From Patescibacteria group bacterium (GTDB lineage: Bacteria > Patescibacteriota > Kazan-3B-28): a stretch of 64,000 nucleotides of DNA. Below the pieces are notes generated by a model. That model searched no databases. It was given only the letters and a program-made list of their open reading frames with translations, and had not been told where the DNA came from. Location: the NCBI GenBank assembly GCA_028717565.1, contig JAQUNP010000001.1, forward strand, positions 112,997-176,996, given 5' to 3'. Made by a program: the position numbers and the translations under genes. Below are positions 13,301-21,569 of the stretch, in pieces. The first letter of the stretch is position 1, and every line of letters begins with the position of its first letter.

Positions 13301-13814
13301 GTTCTGGAATTATCTTAGTTCCGTACTGGCCATGTTTGAGACCATCCTCACGTGCAAAAAGCACACCACTAGAGCGTACTAATTGAGAGACAACCACACG
13401 TTCAACACCGTTAATAATAAAGGTGCCGGACTGACTCATAACCGGAATATCACCTAAGAAAACTTCTTGCTCCTTAATCTCTCCTGTCCCCTTGTTGACC
13501 AAGCGTAGTTTTACTCGCAAAGATGCTTCAAAAGTAGCGTAGCGTTCTCTGGCTTCTTTTTCAGTAAACTTGGGTTCCTCGAAATAATAGTCAACAAAAT
13601 GTAGCTCTAAGTTTTTCCCCGTCAGGTCTTCAATGGGATTTATTTCATCAAAAAGCTCCTGCAAACCAGTGCGGAGGAAGTATTCATATGAACGACGCTG
13701 CAGATTATTTAACTCTGGCAGGGAGGGGGATTTTTTGGGATCAGCGTACCATTTATCTTTGTAGTGATCGTTGTTTGTAATTAAAATATTGGGCTCTAAA
13801 TTTTTTGGGGACAT
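10389..13814 (-). CDS. rpoB: RNA polymerase beta subunit
   Basis: SQLSQFMDQ..HKRRLS, GDKLAGRHGNKG, GGQRFGEME. Confidence 0.99.
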   Translation of the reverse strand: MSPKNLEPNILITNNDHYKDKWYADPKKSPSLPELNNLQRRSYEYFLRTGLQELFDEINPIEDLTGKNLELHFVDYYFEEPKFTEKEARERYATFEASLRVKLRLVNKGTGEIKEQEVFLGDIPVMSQSGTFIINGVERVVVSQLVRSSGVLFAREDGLKHGQYGTKIIPERGAWLELETNSKGVVSVKIDRKRKTFVTTILRAFGVGSDAELIEMFADVDTDPKMNFIKNTIEKDPAKSTDQALLEVYKKIRPGDLATVENARTLFVNTFQNFRRYDLGAVGRYKINKRLDLTSANDRKHRVLTLEDLVAITKEIIRLNNEGGLADDVDHLKNRRVRAVGELMQNKFRTGLLRVERIVKDRMSVSDISTLTPAQLINARPISAVMQEFFGSSQLSQFMDQVNPLSELEHKRRLSAMGPGGLSRERAGFDVRDVHTSHYGRICPIQTPEGQNIGLVGHLASYAKVNEYGFIETPYRRVISAVPNDGKSVIGRTIHKDIVDPKTKNILVPSKTVATETLAKKLIKVAGLDLIPVTTFVTNDVQYVDAYIEEKTGIAQANIPLDDEGHVLSQYVPARLGGEPETLSIGRISYMDVSPKQILSVTTSLIPFVEHDDAKRALMGSNMQRQAVPLVKPNVPIVSTGVEWDAALGSGWVLTAPEDGTIKYVDGSKIEFMPKGKRKSIVFELIKFSRSNDETNLNQTPIVCEGDVVKKGQPLCDGPAIKNSRLALGKNVLVAFMSWGGSNYEDAIIISDRLVEDDEFTSIHIKREEIDVRDTKLGPEITTRDIPNVGEDAVADLDEDGIIRIGAKVKSRNILVGKITPKGETELTSEERLLRAIFGEKIKDVKDTSLTMPHGGYGKVIGVQIFDADKGDKLEVGVLKKIYVYIAQMRKISVGDKLAGRHGNKGVIAKIVPQADMPFLEDGTPVDIILNPLGVISRMNLGQILETHLGWAAGKGGFNAINPVFEGINMDGIVDELKNADLPEKGKIQLYDGRTGEPFAQETTTGIIYMLKLNHMVDDKIHARSIGPYALVTQQPLGGKAQLGGQRFGEMEVWALEGYGAAHTLEEMLTIKSDDVQGRSRTYESIVKGEEIQTAHTPEAFNVIVKELQGLGLNVDVVDNEEDLKTPIGEQNKVASKLKKK

Positions 13815-13992
13815 AGAAAGCTCTCTCTTTGAAATGATGAATTATTCAAAAAGTATAGACCGGGAGCGACTCATTGAATGAGAGTCATAATTTCGACGAT
13901 AACCAAAACTGGCTATTTGGTCAACAATTAAAAACTCCGTTTATTATAGGAGCCCCCAAAGAGAAAAGCAACACCTTTTTTAAAAAAAGTTT

Positions 13993-14823
13993 TTAGCCGG
14001 TTTTAACCAGGAAAGTGTGTGATGCCGCTTCAAGGTTGTTAACCAAAACCGTAATCTCAAACGCCCCCTCTGGCCACAGTCGATCAGACCAAAGCTTGCC
14101 ATACCGGTCACGTTCTAGATCAACTACAATATCTTGGTCTTCATCCACTTCATAGCTGAAGGTGGCGAAGATGTTGTCCTCTTTAACATACCTGACTCGG
14201 ATCGATACTGCTGTACCCGCATCAGCCCCGCGAATGTTGGTTTGAACAAAGATGTCATCAACATTACGCGCAAAAGTAGTTTGTGCATCACTAATCTTAA
14301 AATCATCATCCAGAGCGCTCGCGGTGCTAATCTTGTGAACAATGGCGGCCAGCTCTCCAGCCAAGGCCTCGTTGTCTGGGACGATATCAAACATGACAGA
14401 TTTGGCCGGATTGTTGTTGACTAATACCTCGACCTTATATTCCCCTAGCGCCCAAGTTAGATCATTTTTTTTGATGCTGGAAGCTAAGAAGCTGGACTTG
14501 GCACCTGCCTGATAGTCAAATTTATTGGCGCTACTGCGCTGACCCACAAAGTCCTCACTGGCAATTAACTCACTGGGCCAGCGGTACCATCTAACTCGGA
14601 TGCGCGTAGTTGGTGTTGGATCAAAAACTTCAACCGCAGCGTAAATAGTTTCTGTACTAGCGGCCACCTTGGCCAACTCGTTGCTGGGTTGGTTATAAAG
14701 ATTGAGACCAGTAGCAATAGCCACCTGCCCTATATTTGTAGAGCTGATGTCGCGGGAGCAGCTAGCTGCCCCCAAGGTAAACCATAAAGCTACCACTAAC
14801 AAGCTGACCTTAAAGAATTTCAT
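13993..14823 (-). CDS. Predicted lipoprotein with two repeated beta-sandwich-like domains
   Basis: Signal peptide ending LGAASC; repeated G.(Y/F).(V/I).VLVN motif. Confidence 0.7.
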   Translation of the reverse strand: MKFFKVSLLVVALWFTLGAASCSRDISSTNIGQVAIATGLNLYNQPSNELAKVAASTETIYAAVEVFDPTPTTRIRVRWYRWPSELIASEDFVGQRSSANKFDYQAGAKSSFLASSIKKNDLTWALGEYKVEVLVNNNPAKSVMFDIVPDNEALAGELAAIVHKISTASALDDDFKISDAQTTFARNVDDIFVQTNIRGADAGTAVSIRVRYVKEDNIFATFSYEVDEDQDIVVDLERDRYGKLWSDRLWPEGAFEITVLVNNLEAASHTFLVKTG

Positions 14824-15713
14824 AGATTCATTTCTCTTAAGCGTTTAACGCGCTCTTCGATGGGCGGATGCGTCGAGAACCAACTGCGCGCCCCTGTCTT
14901 TATCTTACCCTCAAATGGGCTGGCAATAAACAAGTGCGCCGTAGCGCGGTTAGCAGTTGGCATCCCTTGAGTAGTATCCGCGGCGATTTTCTCTAACGCA
15001 GCGGCCAGCCCTTCGGGATAGCGAGTCAGCATGGCACCTGATGCATCAGCCAGATACTCACGTCCGCGAGAAACGGCCAGCTGCAGAAGTTTCGCAAAAA
15101 GTGGTGCTAGAACTATCAAGACAATCGCTAGGACTGCTAACCAACCAGCTTCTTTGTTGTTACTAGACCGATTATTGTATAGCCGTACCCGAGTGAACCA
15201 ATCAGCTAGTAAAGTGACGATGCCTACCATAGTGATAGCTACCGTGGCTAGTAAGATATCATAGTTTTTTACATGGGAAAGCTCGTGAGCAATCACACCT
15301 TCCAGCTCCACCTTCTCAAGTTTTTCCAGTGCACCGGTGGTAAGAGCCACACTGGCATGTTTGGGATCGCGCCCGGTAGCAAAAGCGTTGATACTGGGGT
15401 CTTCCATAATGTAGAGCTTAGGGGTGAGCAGACCGGCAGTAATGCTTAAATTCTCCACTAAATGCATGGCCTGTCTTTCCGATAGATTGGTATCTGGCCT
15501 GACTGGGCGCGCCCGACTTGCCGAAAGAGCGATGGCGTCGCTCTTGAAATATCCCACCCAGTTCATAATCAGCGCAAAAACTACCGCACCGATAACGATG
15601 GAAATATCCTCGTAAATATATGCAAATAGATAGCCCACCCCGACTACAACCACGAAGAACATGGCCATAATGAAAATCGTTCTCTCACGATTCTGCGCTA
15701 TCTCTTTATACAT
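14820..15713 (-). CDS. htpX: M48 family membrane zinc metalloprotease HtpX
   Basis: NAFATG, HELSH, REYLADA, STHPP; adjacent to lemA. Confidence 0.95.
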   Translation of the reverse strand: MYKEIAQNRERTIFIMAMFFVVVVGVGYLFAYIYEDISIVIGAVVFALIMNWVGYFKSDAIALSASRARPVRPDTNLSERQAMHLVENLSITAGLLTPKLYIMEDPSINAFATGRDPKHASVALTTGALEKLEKVELEGVIAHELSHVKNYDILLATVAITMVGIVTLLADWFTRVRLYNNRSSNNKEAGWLAVLAIVLIVLAPLFAKLLQLAVSRGREYLADASGAMLTRYPEGLAAALEKIAADTTQGMPTANRATAHLFIASPFEGKIKTGARSWFSTHPPIEERVKRLREMNL

Positions 15714-15722
15714 TGCTCCTCT

Positions 15723-16376
15723 TTATTGCGGTGGCTCGTCGTTGTGTGGTGGCATCGGGGGGGCGGGCGGTGTTGGCGGTGTTGGTCCAGGAGCTCCCGT
15801 CTGTGTAGGTGGCTGAGGTGCTCCGTGGTTGAACTCAACTCTTGGTACCTCGCGAGTAGCTACATCATCAATTTCGAATAAATCACGCTTGGCGAATTTG
15901 AACCAGCTAGCGATGATGCTAGTCGGGAAAATCTCCGTCCGAATATTGTAATCACGAACATTAGTATTGTAGAACCGGCGGGCAGACATAATTTTGTTCT
16001 CCGTATCTGACAATTCTTCCTGCAAAGCCAAAAAGTTCTGATTGGCTTTTAGCTCCGGATAGTTTTCAACCACGGCGAACAGAGATTTCAGCGCTCCAGT
16101 CAGTACATTTTCGGAAGCGGCCTTTTCCTCCATGTTTTGAGCACCCATCGCTTGAGTCCGAGCCTGGGTAACTTTTTCTAACAGCTCACGCTCATGTGTA
16201 GCATAGCCCTGAACGGTGCTCACTAAGTTCGGAATCAAATCATGCCGACGCTTCAGTTGCACATCAATATCGCTCTCGGCCTCATTGACCCGATTTTTAA
16301 GAATAACCAAGCCATTGAACATAGTGATTATCCAACCTGCAATAATCACCAGCACAACAATAATAAACCAAGTCAT
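15723..16376 (-). CDS. lemA: LemA family protein with Pro-rich tail
   Basis: DIDVQLKRRHDLIPNLV, ENYPELKANQNF, ARRFYN. Confidence 0.95.
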   Translation of the reverse strand: MTWFIIVVLVIIAGWIITMFNGLVILKNRVNEAESDIDVQLKRRHDLIPNLVSTVQGYATHERELLEKVTQARTQAMGAQNMEEKAASENVLTGALKSLFAVVENYPELKANQNFLALQEELSDTENKIMSARRFYNTNVRDYNIRTEIFPTSIIASWFKFAKRDLFEIDDVATREVPRVEFNHGAPQPPTQTGAPGPTPPTPPAPPMPPHNDEPPQ

Positions 16377-16403
16377 AATACTACCTCTTGTTTAAAAAAT
16401 TAA

Positions 16404-16988
16404 TTACTCTCCTTTACTAATGTGAAGGAAAATCGGCAAATAGACAATCTTTTGCAGCTCGGAGAAGGTTAGGTAACGACCCCACTGTTCTTCCCACCAA
16501 CCGTTTTTTCGCCAAGCGCTGTCAGTAGCAGAGTGATTGATAATTTGGATATCGTTACCTAAAAAGGCCCTGAAGGAAAGATAAGCCCGGCGTTGGTGAT
16601 ATGGCGAGGTGACCAAGATAATGGATCCAATGTGGTTGTTTCGCACAATGTCTCTGACGTATTGTGCATTTTCCAGAGTAGTTTCGGCTTCCTCTTCCAA
16701 AAGAATCGCTTCGGCTGGCACCCCCGCCTGAATAGCCAGTTGCCTCATCATCAATGCATTGGAGGTACCTTCATCTCGGGCGGCGCCCGACATAATCATG
16801 AGCGGCGCCCACTGCTCATTGAATAGTTTAGCTCCTTCAGCCACTCGTAAATCGGTCTCTCCCCCACTGACGACTACAATCGCATCCGCTGGTGTTAGGG
16901 CATTTTGCGGAGAAAGGTAAAAGCCCGCGCCAACCACTAGCGTGATAAACATCCCCCCTATTATCAGTAGCGCGACCGCATATCTCAT
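16404..16988 (-). CDS. YdcF/ElyC (DUF218) family envelope protein
   Basis: DAIVVVSGG, ETTLENA, LVTSPYHQRRA. Confidence 0.9.
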   Translation of the reverse strand: MRYAVALLIIGGMFITLVVGAGFYLSPQNALTPADAIVVVSGGETDLRVAEGAKLFNEQWAPLMIMSGAARDEGTSNALMMRQLAIQAGVPAEAILLEEEAETTLENAQYVRDIVRNNHIGSIILVTSPYHQRRAYLSFRAFLGNDIQIINHSATDSAWRKNGWWEEQWGRYLTFSELQKIVYLPIFLHISKGE

Positions 16989-16991
16989 GCT

Positions 16992-17393
16992 CTATGGCAG
17001 TTTGAGTTCCTGACCAACTGACAAACTGTAGGGCGGTTCAAGGTCATTTAACTCAGCTAGTTTCTCCGTAGTCGAGCCAACTTCAACAGCTATCCCAAAC
17101 AGGGTGTCACCGGATTGCACAGTATAGGTACCTGTACTCTTAAGTTTAATAGATGCCTCTGGAGTTGGGGTGGTATCTGGTGATTGAACGCTCGTCGCGG
17201 CAGTTTCAGTATTGGGGTTTACAATGCCAAGCGGTCGAATGAACATGGTGGCAATCAGCCCCCTGAAAGCAAATACTAAAAAGATTAGCGATAGGAAAAC
17301 TGCCCATAAAACTAAGAAAGAAAACGGCGCCTCTTGGAAACGACGCTTAATTTTGTAGCCGTATCGTCTGGCTGTATGTGGAATACGTGCCAT
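16992..17393 (-). CDS. Membrane-anchored LysM-domain protein
   Basis: TM helix, Thr/Pro linker, YTVQSGDTLFGIA...LN.L...GQELKLP. Confidence 0.9.
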   Translation of the reverse strand: MARIPHTARRYGYKIKRRFQEAPFSFLVLWAVFLSLIFLVFAFRGLIATMFIRPLGIVNPNTETAATSVQSPDTTPTPEASIKLKSTGTYTVQSGDTLFGIAVEVGSTTEKLAELNDLEPPYSLSVGQELKLP

Positions 17394-17536
17394 ACCCTGT
17401 AGAAGATTTTAGAAAATAATACTCTTGGTTGGGTGCAGTGAATCACACCCAGTATTGCCCACGGAAGATACATACTTATCATTCCGAATAGATTATCGCA
17501 TTATTCGAAACAATTCTAAAATTCTCTACGGGGCAT
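17392..17536 (-). repeat. Inverted-repeat-bounded structured element abutting the LysM start codon
   Basis: ATGCCCCGTAGAGAATTTTAGAA ... TTCTAAAATCTTCTACAGGGTAT termini with internal hairpins. Confidence 0.6.
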
Positions 17537-17559
17537 AGATATATAGTATCCTACTTAGC

Positions 17560-17645
17560 TGGTGGGCGGGAGAGGATTTGAACCTCCACGGGATTGCTCC
17601 CACTACGACCTGAACGTAGCGCGTCTACCGTTCCGCCACCCGCCC
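17560..17645 (-). tRNA. tRNA-Leu(CAG)
   Basis: Cloverleaf with long variable arm, loop TTCAGGT, encoded CCA. Confidence 0.96.
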
Positions 17646-17687
17646 AAACACGAATTAAAGGTTTAAGGCCCATCTTCGTATGAATCC

Positions 17688-17750
17688 TCCACCGAGGCGG
17701 TCTTCTTGCCTCCTGGCGTTAGCCAGGCGTAGTCCCGACAGAGTCGGGAC
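17688..17750. repeat. Cluster of GC-rich palindromes between tRNAs
   Basis: CCTGGC-GTTA-GCCAGG and GTCCCGAC-AGA-GTCGGGAC. Confidence 0.6.
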
Positions 17751-17756
17751 GAAGAC

Positions 17757-17842
17757 TGGTGGGCAGGGTGGGACTCGAACCCACAAGGTCTTACGACCAA
17801 GAGATTTTAAGTCTCTCGTGTATACCATTCCACCACCTGCCC
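17757..17842 (-). tRNA. tRNA-Leu(TAA)
   Basis: Cloverleaf, loop CTTAAAA, long variable arm, CCA. Confidence 0.96.
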
Positions 17843-17845
17843 AGC

Positions 17846-17919
17846 TGGAGGCCTGGAGCGGAGTCGAACCGCTGTACAGGGTTTTGCAGACCCTTGCCTA
17901 ACCGCTCGGCCACCAGGCC
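17846..17919 (-). tRNA. tRNA-Cys(GCA)
   Basis: Cloverleaf, loop CTGCAAA, U73-CCA. Confidence 0.96.
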
Positions 17920-17983
17920 ACCGTTTGATGAACCAATGACTGAAAACCTCACAGCCACTGGATTAATTATTAAAGTTTTTTTA

Positions 17984-18059
17984 TGGAGCGGCAGACCGGA
18001 CTCGAACCGGCGACCTTTTCCTTGGCAAGGAAACGTTCTACCAACTGAACTACTGCCGC
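17984..18059 (-). tRNA. tRNA-Gly(GCC)
   Basis: Cloverleaf, loop TTGCCAA, U73-CCA. Confidence 0.96.
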
Positions 18060-18060
18060 A

Positions 18061-18135
18061 TGGTGCCGAGGGAGTGAATCGAACACTCGACACGATGCTC
18101 TTCAGGCATCTGCTCTACCACTGAGCTACCTCGGC
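18061..18135 (-). tRNA. tRNA-Phe(GAA)
   Basis: Cloverleaf, loop CTGAAGA, CCA. Confidence 0.96.
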
Positions 18136-18174
18136 GTAACATATCAATATTACAACAATTTGTTCAATCCTCAT

Positions 18175-18642
18175 TTAGTCTAGCGTTTCTAGATAAACTG
18201 GAACACCAGTATCGATAGATGCAAGTGCGGGGGGCAACCGTTTCGCCATATCTGAACTGATCATGGTCAGGGCTGTCGCCAAATCAACGAACTGGTAAGC
18301 TTCGATTTCCTGCTTGGCCAGCCGGATTCGGGCAATCTCTTCTGCACTCAGAACACCACCGTAAAATAAGAACTGCAGACTTTCGCCCTTATTGTTATTG
18401 CGATTAGCGAAATAACCGACTGACAAAAATTGCAATGAAGTGGGAGTCAATCCAATTTCCTCCTGGATTTCGCGGATACAGGCGGCCTTGGGTGATTCTT
18501 GACTATCTACAACTCCGCCGGGGATACCCCAGTGGTCTTTATAGACCGGCTTCAGTAACAAAATCTTGTGTGTCGTGTCCATAAACAACACCCCGGCTCC
18601 CATGCGTTTCTTGGGCAAGTTGTCGTAATAATTTTCGGTCAT
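18175..18642 (-). CDS. NUDIX hydrolase embedded in the tRNA cluster
   Basis: WGIPGG..D.QESP..AC.REIQEEIG Nudix box; true start ATG 18642 (the longer ORF runs through tRNA-Val). Confidence 0.9.
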   Translation of the reverse strand: MTENYYDNLPKKRMGAGVLFMDTTHKILLLKPVYKDHWGIPGGVVDSQESPKAACIREIQEEIGLTPTSLQFLSVGYFANRNNNKGESLQFLFYGGVLSAEEIARIRLAKQEIEAYQFVDLATALTMISSDMAKRLPPALASIDTGVPVYLETLD

Positions 18643-18649
18643 ATTCGAT

Positions 18650-18726
18650 TGGTGGGCGCGGAGGGATTCGAACCCCCGACCTTCCGGATGTAAGCCGACT
18701 GCTCTGACCAACTGAGCTACGCGCCC
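18650..18726 (-). tRNA. tRNA-Val(TAC)
   Basis: Cloverleaf, loop CTTACAT, CCA. Confidence 0.93.
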
Positions 18727-18894
18727 CAAAACACATTTCTGATTTTATTCGGACTGTTCCGGCCCGCCGGAACTACGCGCCCCAAAACACATTTCTGATT
18801 TTATTCGGACTGTTCCGGCCCGCCGGAACTACGCGCCCCAAAACACATTTCTGATTTTATTCGGACTGTTCCGGCCCGCCGGAACTACGCGCCC
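18717..18894 (-). repeat. Three perfect 56-bp tandem repeats resembling tRNA-Val 5' halves
   Basis: Unit GGGCGCGTAGTTCCGGCGGGCCGGAACAGTCCGAATAAAATCAGAAATGTGTTTTG; period 56 (18717/18773/18829/18885). Confidence 0.95.
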
Positions 18895-18981
18895 TGGTGG
18901 GCAAGAGAGGACTCGAACCTCCACGGGTTTTACCCCACACGGCCCTTAACCGTGCGCGTATACCAATTCCGCCACTTGCCC
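18895..18981 (-). tRNA. tRNA-Leu(AAG)
   Basis: Stem CACGG/CCGTG, loop TT-AAG-GG, long variable arm, A73-CCA. Confidence 0.93.
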
Positions 18982-19006
18982 GCTTAAGAAAATTTTTAAG
19001 ACTTTT

Positions 19007-20758
19007 TTATTCTAACTCTTTTTTGATTTTGATGTACCAGTCAGAGATATTAGCGAATCTGTCAACTGGTGTCGCTAAGTTGATTTGGTCAGTCACACCT
19101 TTTACTTTGGTATCTACCAAATATAAGTATCTGGGCTGATAAAGCAAGATGGCTGGAACAGTTTGGGCGAAAGCTGTTTGGAATTGATGATAATACGTAA
19201 TGGTTTTGTTCAAGACGGTGGTAGTTCTAGCGGCTTCCAGATTATTATCTAAGTCCTTGTCAAAAGTCACAGCTAAGGCCAAACCTGGGTCAACAGTTTG
19301 ACTGCTGTGCCAATAAACATAGGGATCCGAATCCGCGCCTAAATCTTGGCCGAACAGCAAAACATCATAAGCTCGGGGCCGAATTGCGTCTTTGATGAGT
19401 GTCTGACTGTCCAACGGTTCAACTAAAACCTCTGCACCGATGGCTGTCCAACTCGAGCTTAAAAGCTCGGCAGTAGATACACTTTTCTCATCGTTGCGGA
19501 TGGTTAGAGTGAACTGCAAACGAGTATCATCTTTTTCCAAGACACCATCCTTGTCAACGTCTACCCAGCCATCTTTTTTTAACACCTCGGCTGCCTTAGC
19601 AATACTAAAGTCATAGGTTGCCAAATCTGGTTTATGTCCCCAGAAACCGGGCAAAATTGGTGAATTGGCTATATCCGCCCAGCCACCCTCCACTTCGTCA
19701 ACAATCAACTGCTTGTTGGTGGCATAGGCCAAGGCCTGGCGGACCGCCTGATTACGAATAGCATTATTCCCTCCGGCCTGATTAAAGAAGAGGCCTTTGT
19801 ATTGAGGCAGATTATAAACGAACTCATCAACACCGGGCAGATGACCAACATCGCTGGGTCCCAGCTGACTAAATCCAGCCGCCGAAATAGTGCGGTTTTT
19901 TAAGGATGCTAACATACTCTTTTCCGTATCAAAGAAAAAGAAAACTAACCGATCAATAAATGGCGCTTTGCCGTAATATCCCGAGAAGCGTTTGAGTGCA
20001 ATGGAGGTTACATCGGACGCCTTATCAATCATGAAAGGTCCGGTTCCCACTACCTGCTCTAGTTGATAAGCGGATTGAAAGTCACTTACTGGAATCGATT
20101 CCAGAATATGTTTCGGGACAATGCCAGTGGCTATGTCGTACAGAAAGAAGGCACTCGGGCTTGGCAAAGTAAACTTGACAGTGTAGTCGTCAATCTTTTC
20201 TACCGCCACGCCAGTCACAGCCCCACGCAAAACTCCTTGGAAATTCTCGTTTTGTAAAACATTGATGGTGTAAACCACATCGTCGGCTGTAAAGTCCACA
20301 CCATCATGCCATGTGACGTTATTCCGAAGATGAAAAACGTAGGTTTTGCCCTCGTCAAAGATTTCCCAGCTTTCTGCCAAATCTGGTAGAACTTCACGCG
20401 TTGGGCTAATTTGGGTCAGACCAGAATAAATAAATCTTACTAAGGTTTTATCAACTTGGTTGGTACCGGCCAGGACAGGATTAATATAGTTTGGAGCTCC
20501 AATCAGCCCTTCGATATGGACGCCCCCAGAGACGGCCTGCACGGTAGCATAACGAGCCCGTGTCAGACCAAGCCAACCGCTAGCTCCAATGATTACCGCC
20601 ATCAGTCCAACCAATATCAACTTTTCGGTAGCCGAGAAGCTGCCATATAAACCAGTTAGCCAGCGTAGCGCTAGACCAAAAAATACCCTAAACCGAACCA
20701 GCCCAGAGATGACAGGGTGGGTATCATACTTAGACTTAAAACGTCTCAGCAGCTGAAT
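19007..20758 (-). CDS. Peptide ABC transporter substrate-binding protein (family 5), membrane anchored; start uncertain
   Basis: PDLAESW, WHDG..FTADDV.YT, GTGPF; frame open to 20776, first ATG/GTG/TTG at 20620, in-frame ATT at 20758 after AGGAGG. Confidence 0.88.
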   Translation of the reverse strand: MQLLRRFKSKYDTHPVISGLVRFRVFFGLALRWLTGLYGSFSATEKLILVGLMAVIIGASGWLGLTRARYATVQAVSGGVHIEGLIGAPNYINPVLAGTNQVDKTLVRFIYSGLTQISPTREVLPDLAESWEIFDEGKTYVFHLRNNVTWHDGVDFTADDVVYTINVLQNENFQGVLRGAVTGVAVEKIDDYTVKFTLPSPSAFFLYDIATGIVPKHILESIPVSDFQSAYQLEQVVGTGPFMIDKASDVTSIALKRFSGYYGKAPFIDRLVFFFFDTEKSMLASLKNRTISAAGFSQLGPSDVGHLPGVDEFVYNLPQYKGLFFNQAGGNNAIRNQAVRQALAYATNKQLIVDEVEGGWADIANSPILPGFWGHKPDLATYDFSIAKAAEVLKKDGWVDVDKDGVLEKDDTRLQFTLTIRNDEKSVSTAELLSSSWTAIGAEVLVEPLDSQTLIKDAIRPRAYDVLLFGQDLGADSDPYVYWHSSQTVDPGLALAVTFDKDLDNNLEAARTTTVLNKTITYYHQFQTAFAQTVPAILLYQPRYLYLVDTKVKGVTDQINLATPVDRFANISDWYIKIKKELE

Positions 20759-20786
20759 GGTGCCTCCTTTAAAATCTTAGATAGTT

Positions 20787-21008
20787 TTAAAGAAAAATAA
20801 TCACGAACGAAAGTGCAACAAAAGCGACGGCCAGGCCAATGGTAATGTAATACAAAGTTTTCTCTGGACCACGGCGAACGCTATGAAAAGCATCGCTACC
20901 GCCGAAAGCAGCACCCAGGGAAGCGCCTCGATTCTGTAATAAAATGGCAACCACCATGAGGATGCCGACAATCACCTGCAAGGCAACGAAAAACTTTTGT
21001 AAATCCAT
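20787..21008 (-). CDS. secG: Preprotein translocase subunit SecG
   Basis: ILLQ.RGASLGAAFGG...RRGPEK, two TM helices. Confidence 0.93.
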   Translation of the reverse strand: MDLQKFFVALQVIVGILMVVAILLQNRGASLGAAFGGSDAFHSVRRGPEKTLYYITIGLAVAFVALSFVIIFL

Positions 21009-21133
21009 GAAAAAAACATGAAAAAATATGGCTTTCAAACTAATCTATTCTAATCTTAAAAGGAGTAAAAAGTAAAGCCACTCTTTACTTTTTTGACCCT
21101 AGCCCTATATAATTGGACTTGTCTAAAATCTAT

Positions 21134-21565
21134 ATGAAGACCAAAGACGATTTTGCCGAGTTTACTAACCCCGACACCATTATTGGTGAGGGGGTGGCTG
21201 TTGAGGGTACGCTCAAAACCTTGGGCGATATTCAGATAAACGGAACTTTTAAGGGCAAATTGATGACTGAAGGCGATGTGGTTGTGGGGGAACATGCTAC
21301 GGTGGAGGCAGATATCAACGCAGAGAATGTACATGTGGCTGGTACTGTGATTGGCAACGTCAGCGCTCTGCACAAACTGGAAGTGTTAGACACTGGAGAG
21401 ATTGATGGCAATGTCAGTAGTTCAGCTCTAGTTATTGAAGCAGGTGGTGTGCTAAAAGGCACCAGCAAAATGCATGAAACTGAAGCTGAACGCCCAGACA
21501 TCGACCCGACTTACGAAGTGGAAGAGGGCACCGAAGTAGAAGACCAAGAGGAAATCTCAGCCTAA
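21134..21565 (+). CDS. Bactofilin (polymer-forming cytoskeletal protein)
   Basis: TIIGEG..VEG, I.G.F.G, V.A.I.A..V.V.G.V.G repeats; acidic tail. Confidence 0.9.
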   Translation: MKTKDDFAEFTNPDTIIGEGVAVEGTLKTLGDIQINGTFKGKLMTEGDVVVGEHATVEADINAENVHVAGTVIGNVSALHKLEVLDTGEIDGNVSSSALVIEAGGVLKGTSKMHETEAERPDIDPTYEVEEGTEVEDQEEISA

Positions 21566-21569
21566 AAAA

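Noticed and set aside
174-13386. Many short antisense ORFs in the rpo/str/S10 cluster
   Set aside because: Opposite-strand shadows of highly conserved genes
17680-18124. ORFs over the tRNA cluster; N-terminal extensions 18643-18729 and 35930-36094
   Set aside because: Shadow translations of tRNA genes
18717-18894. CRISPR array
   Set aside because: Units are fully identical with no variable spacers, and there are no cas genes in the window
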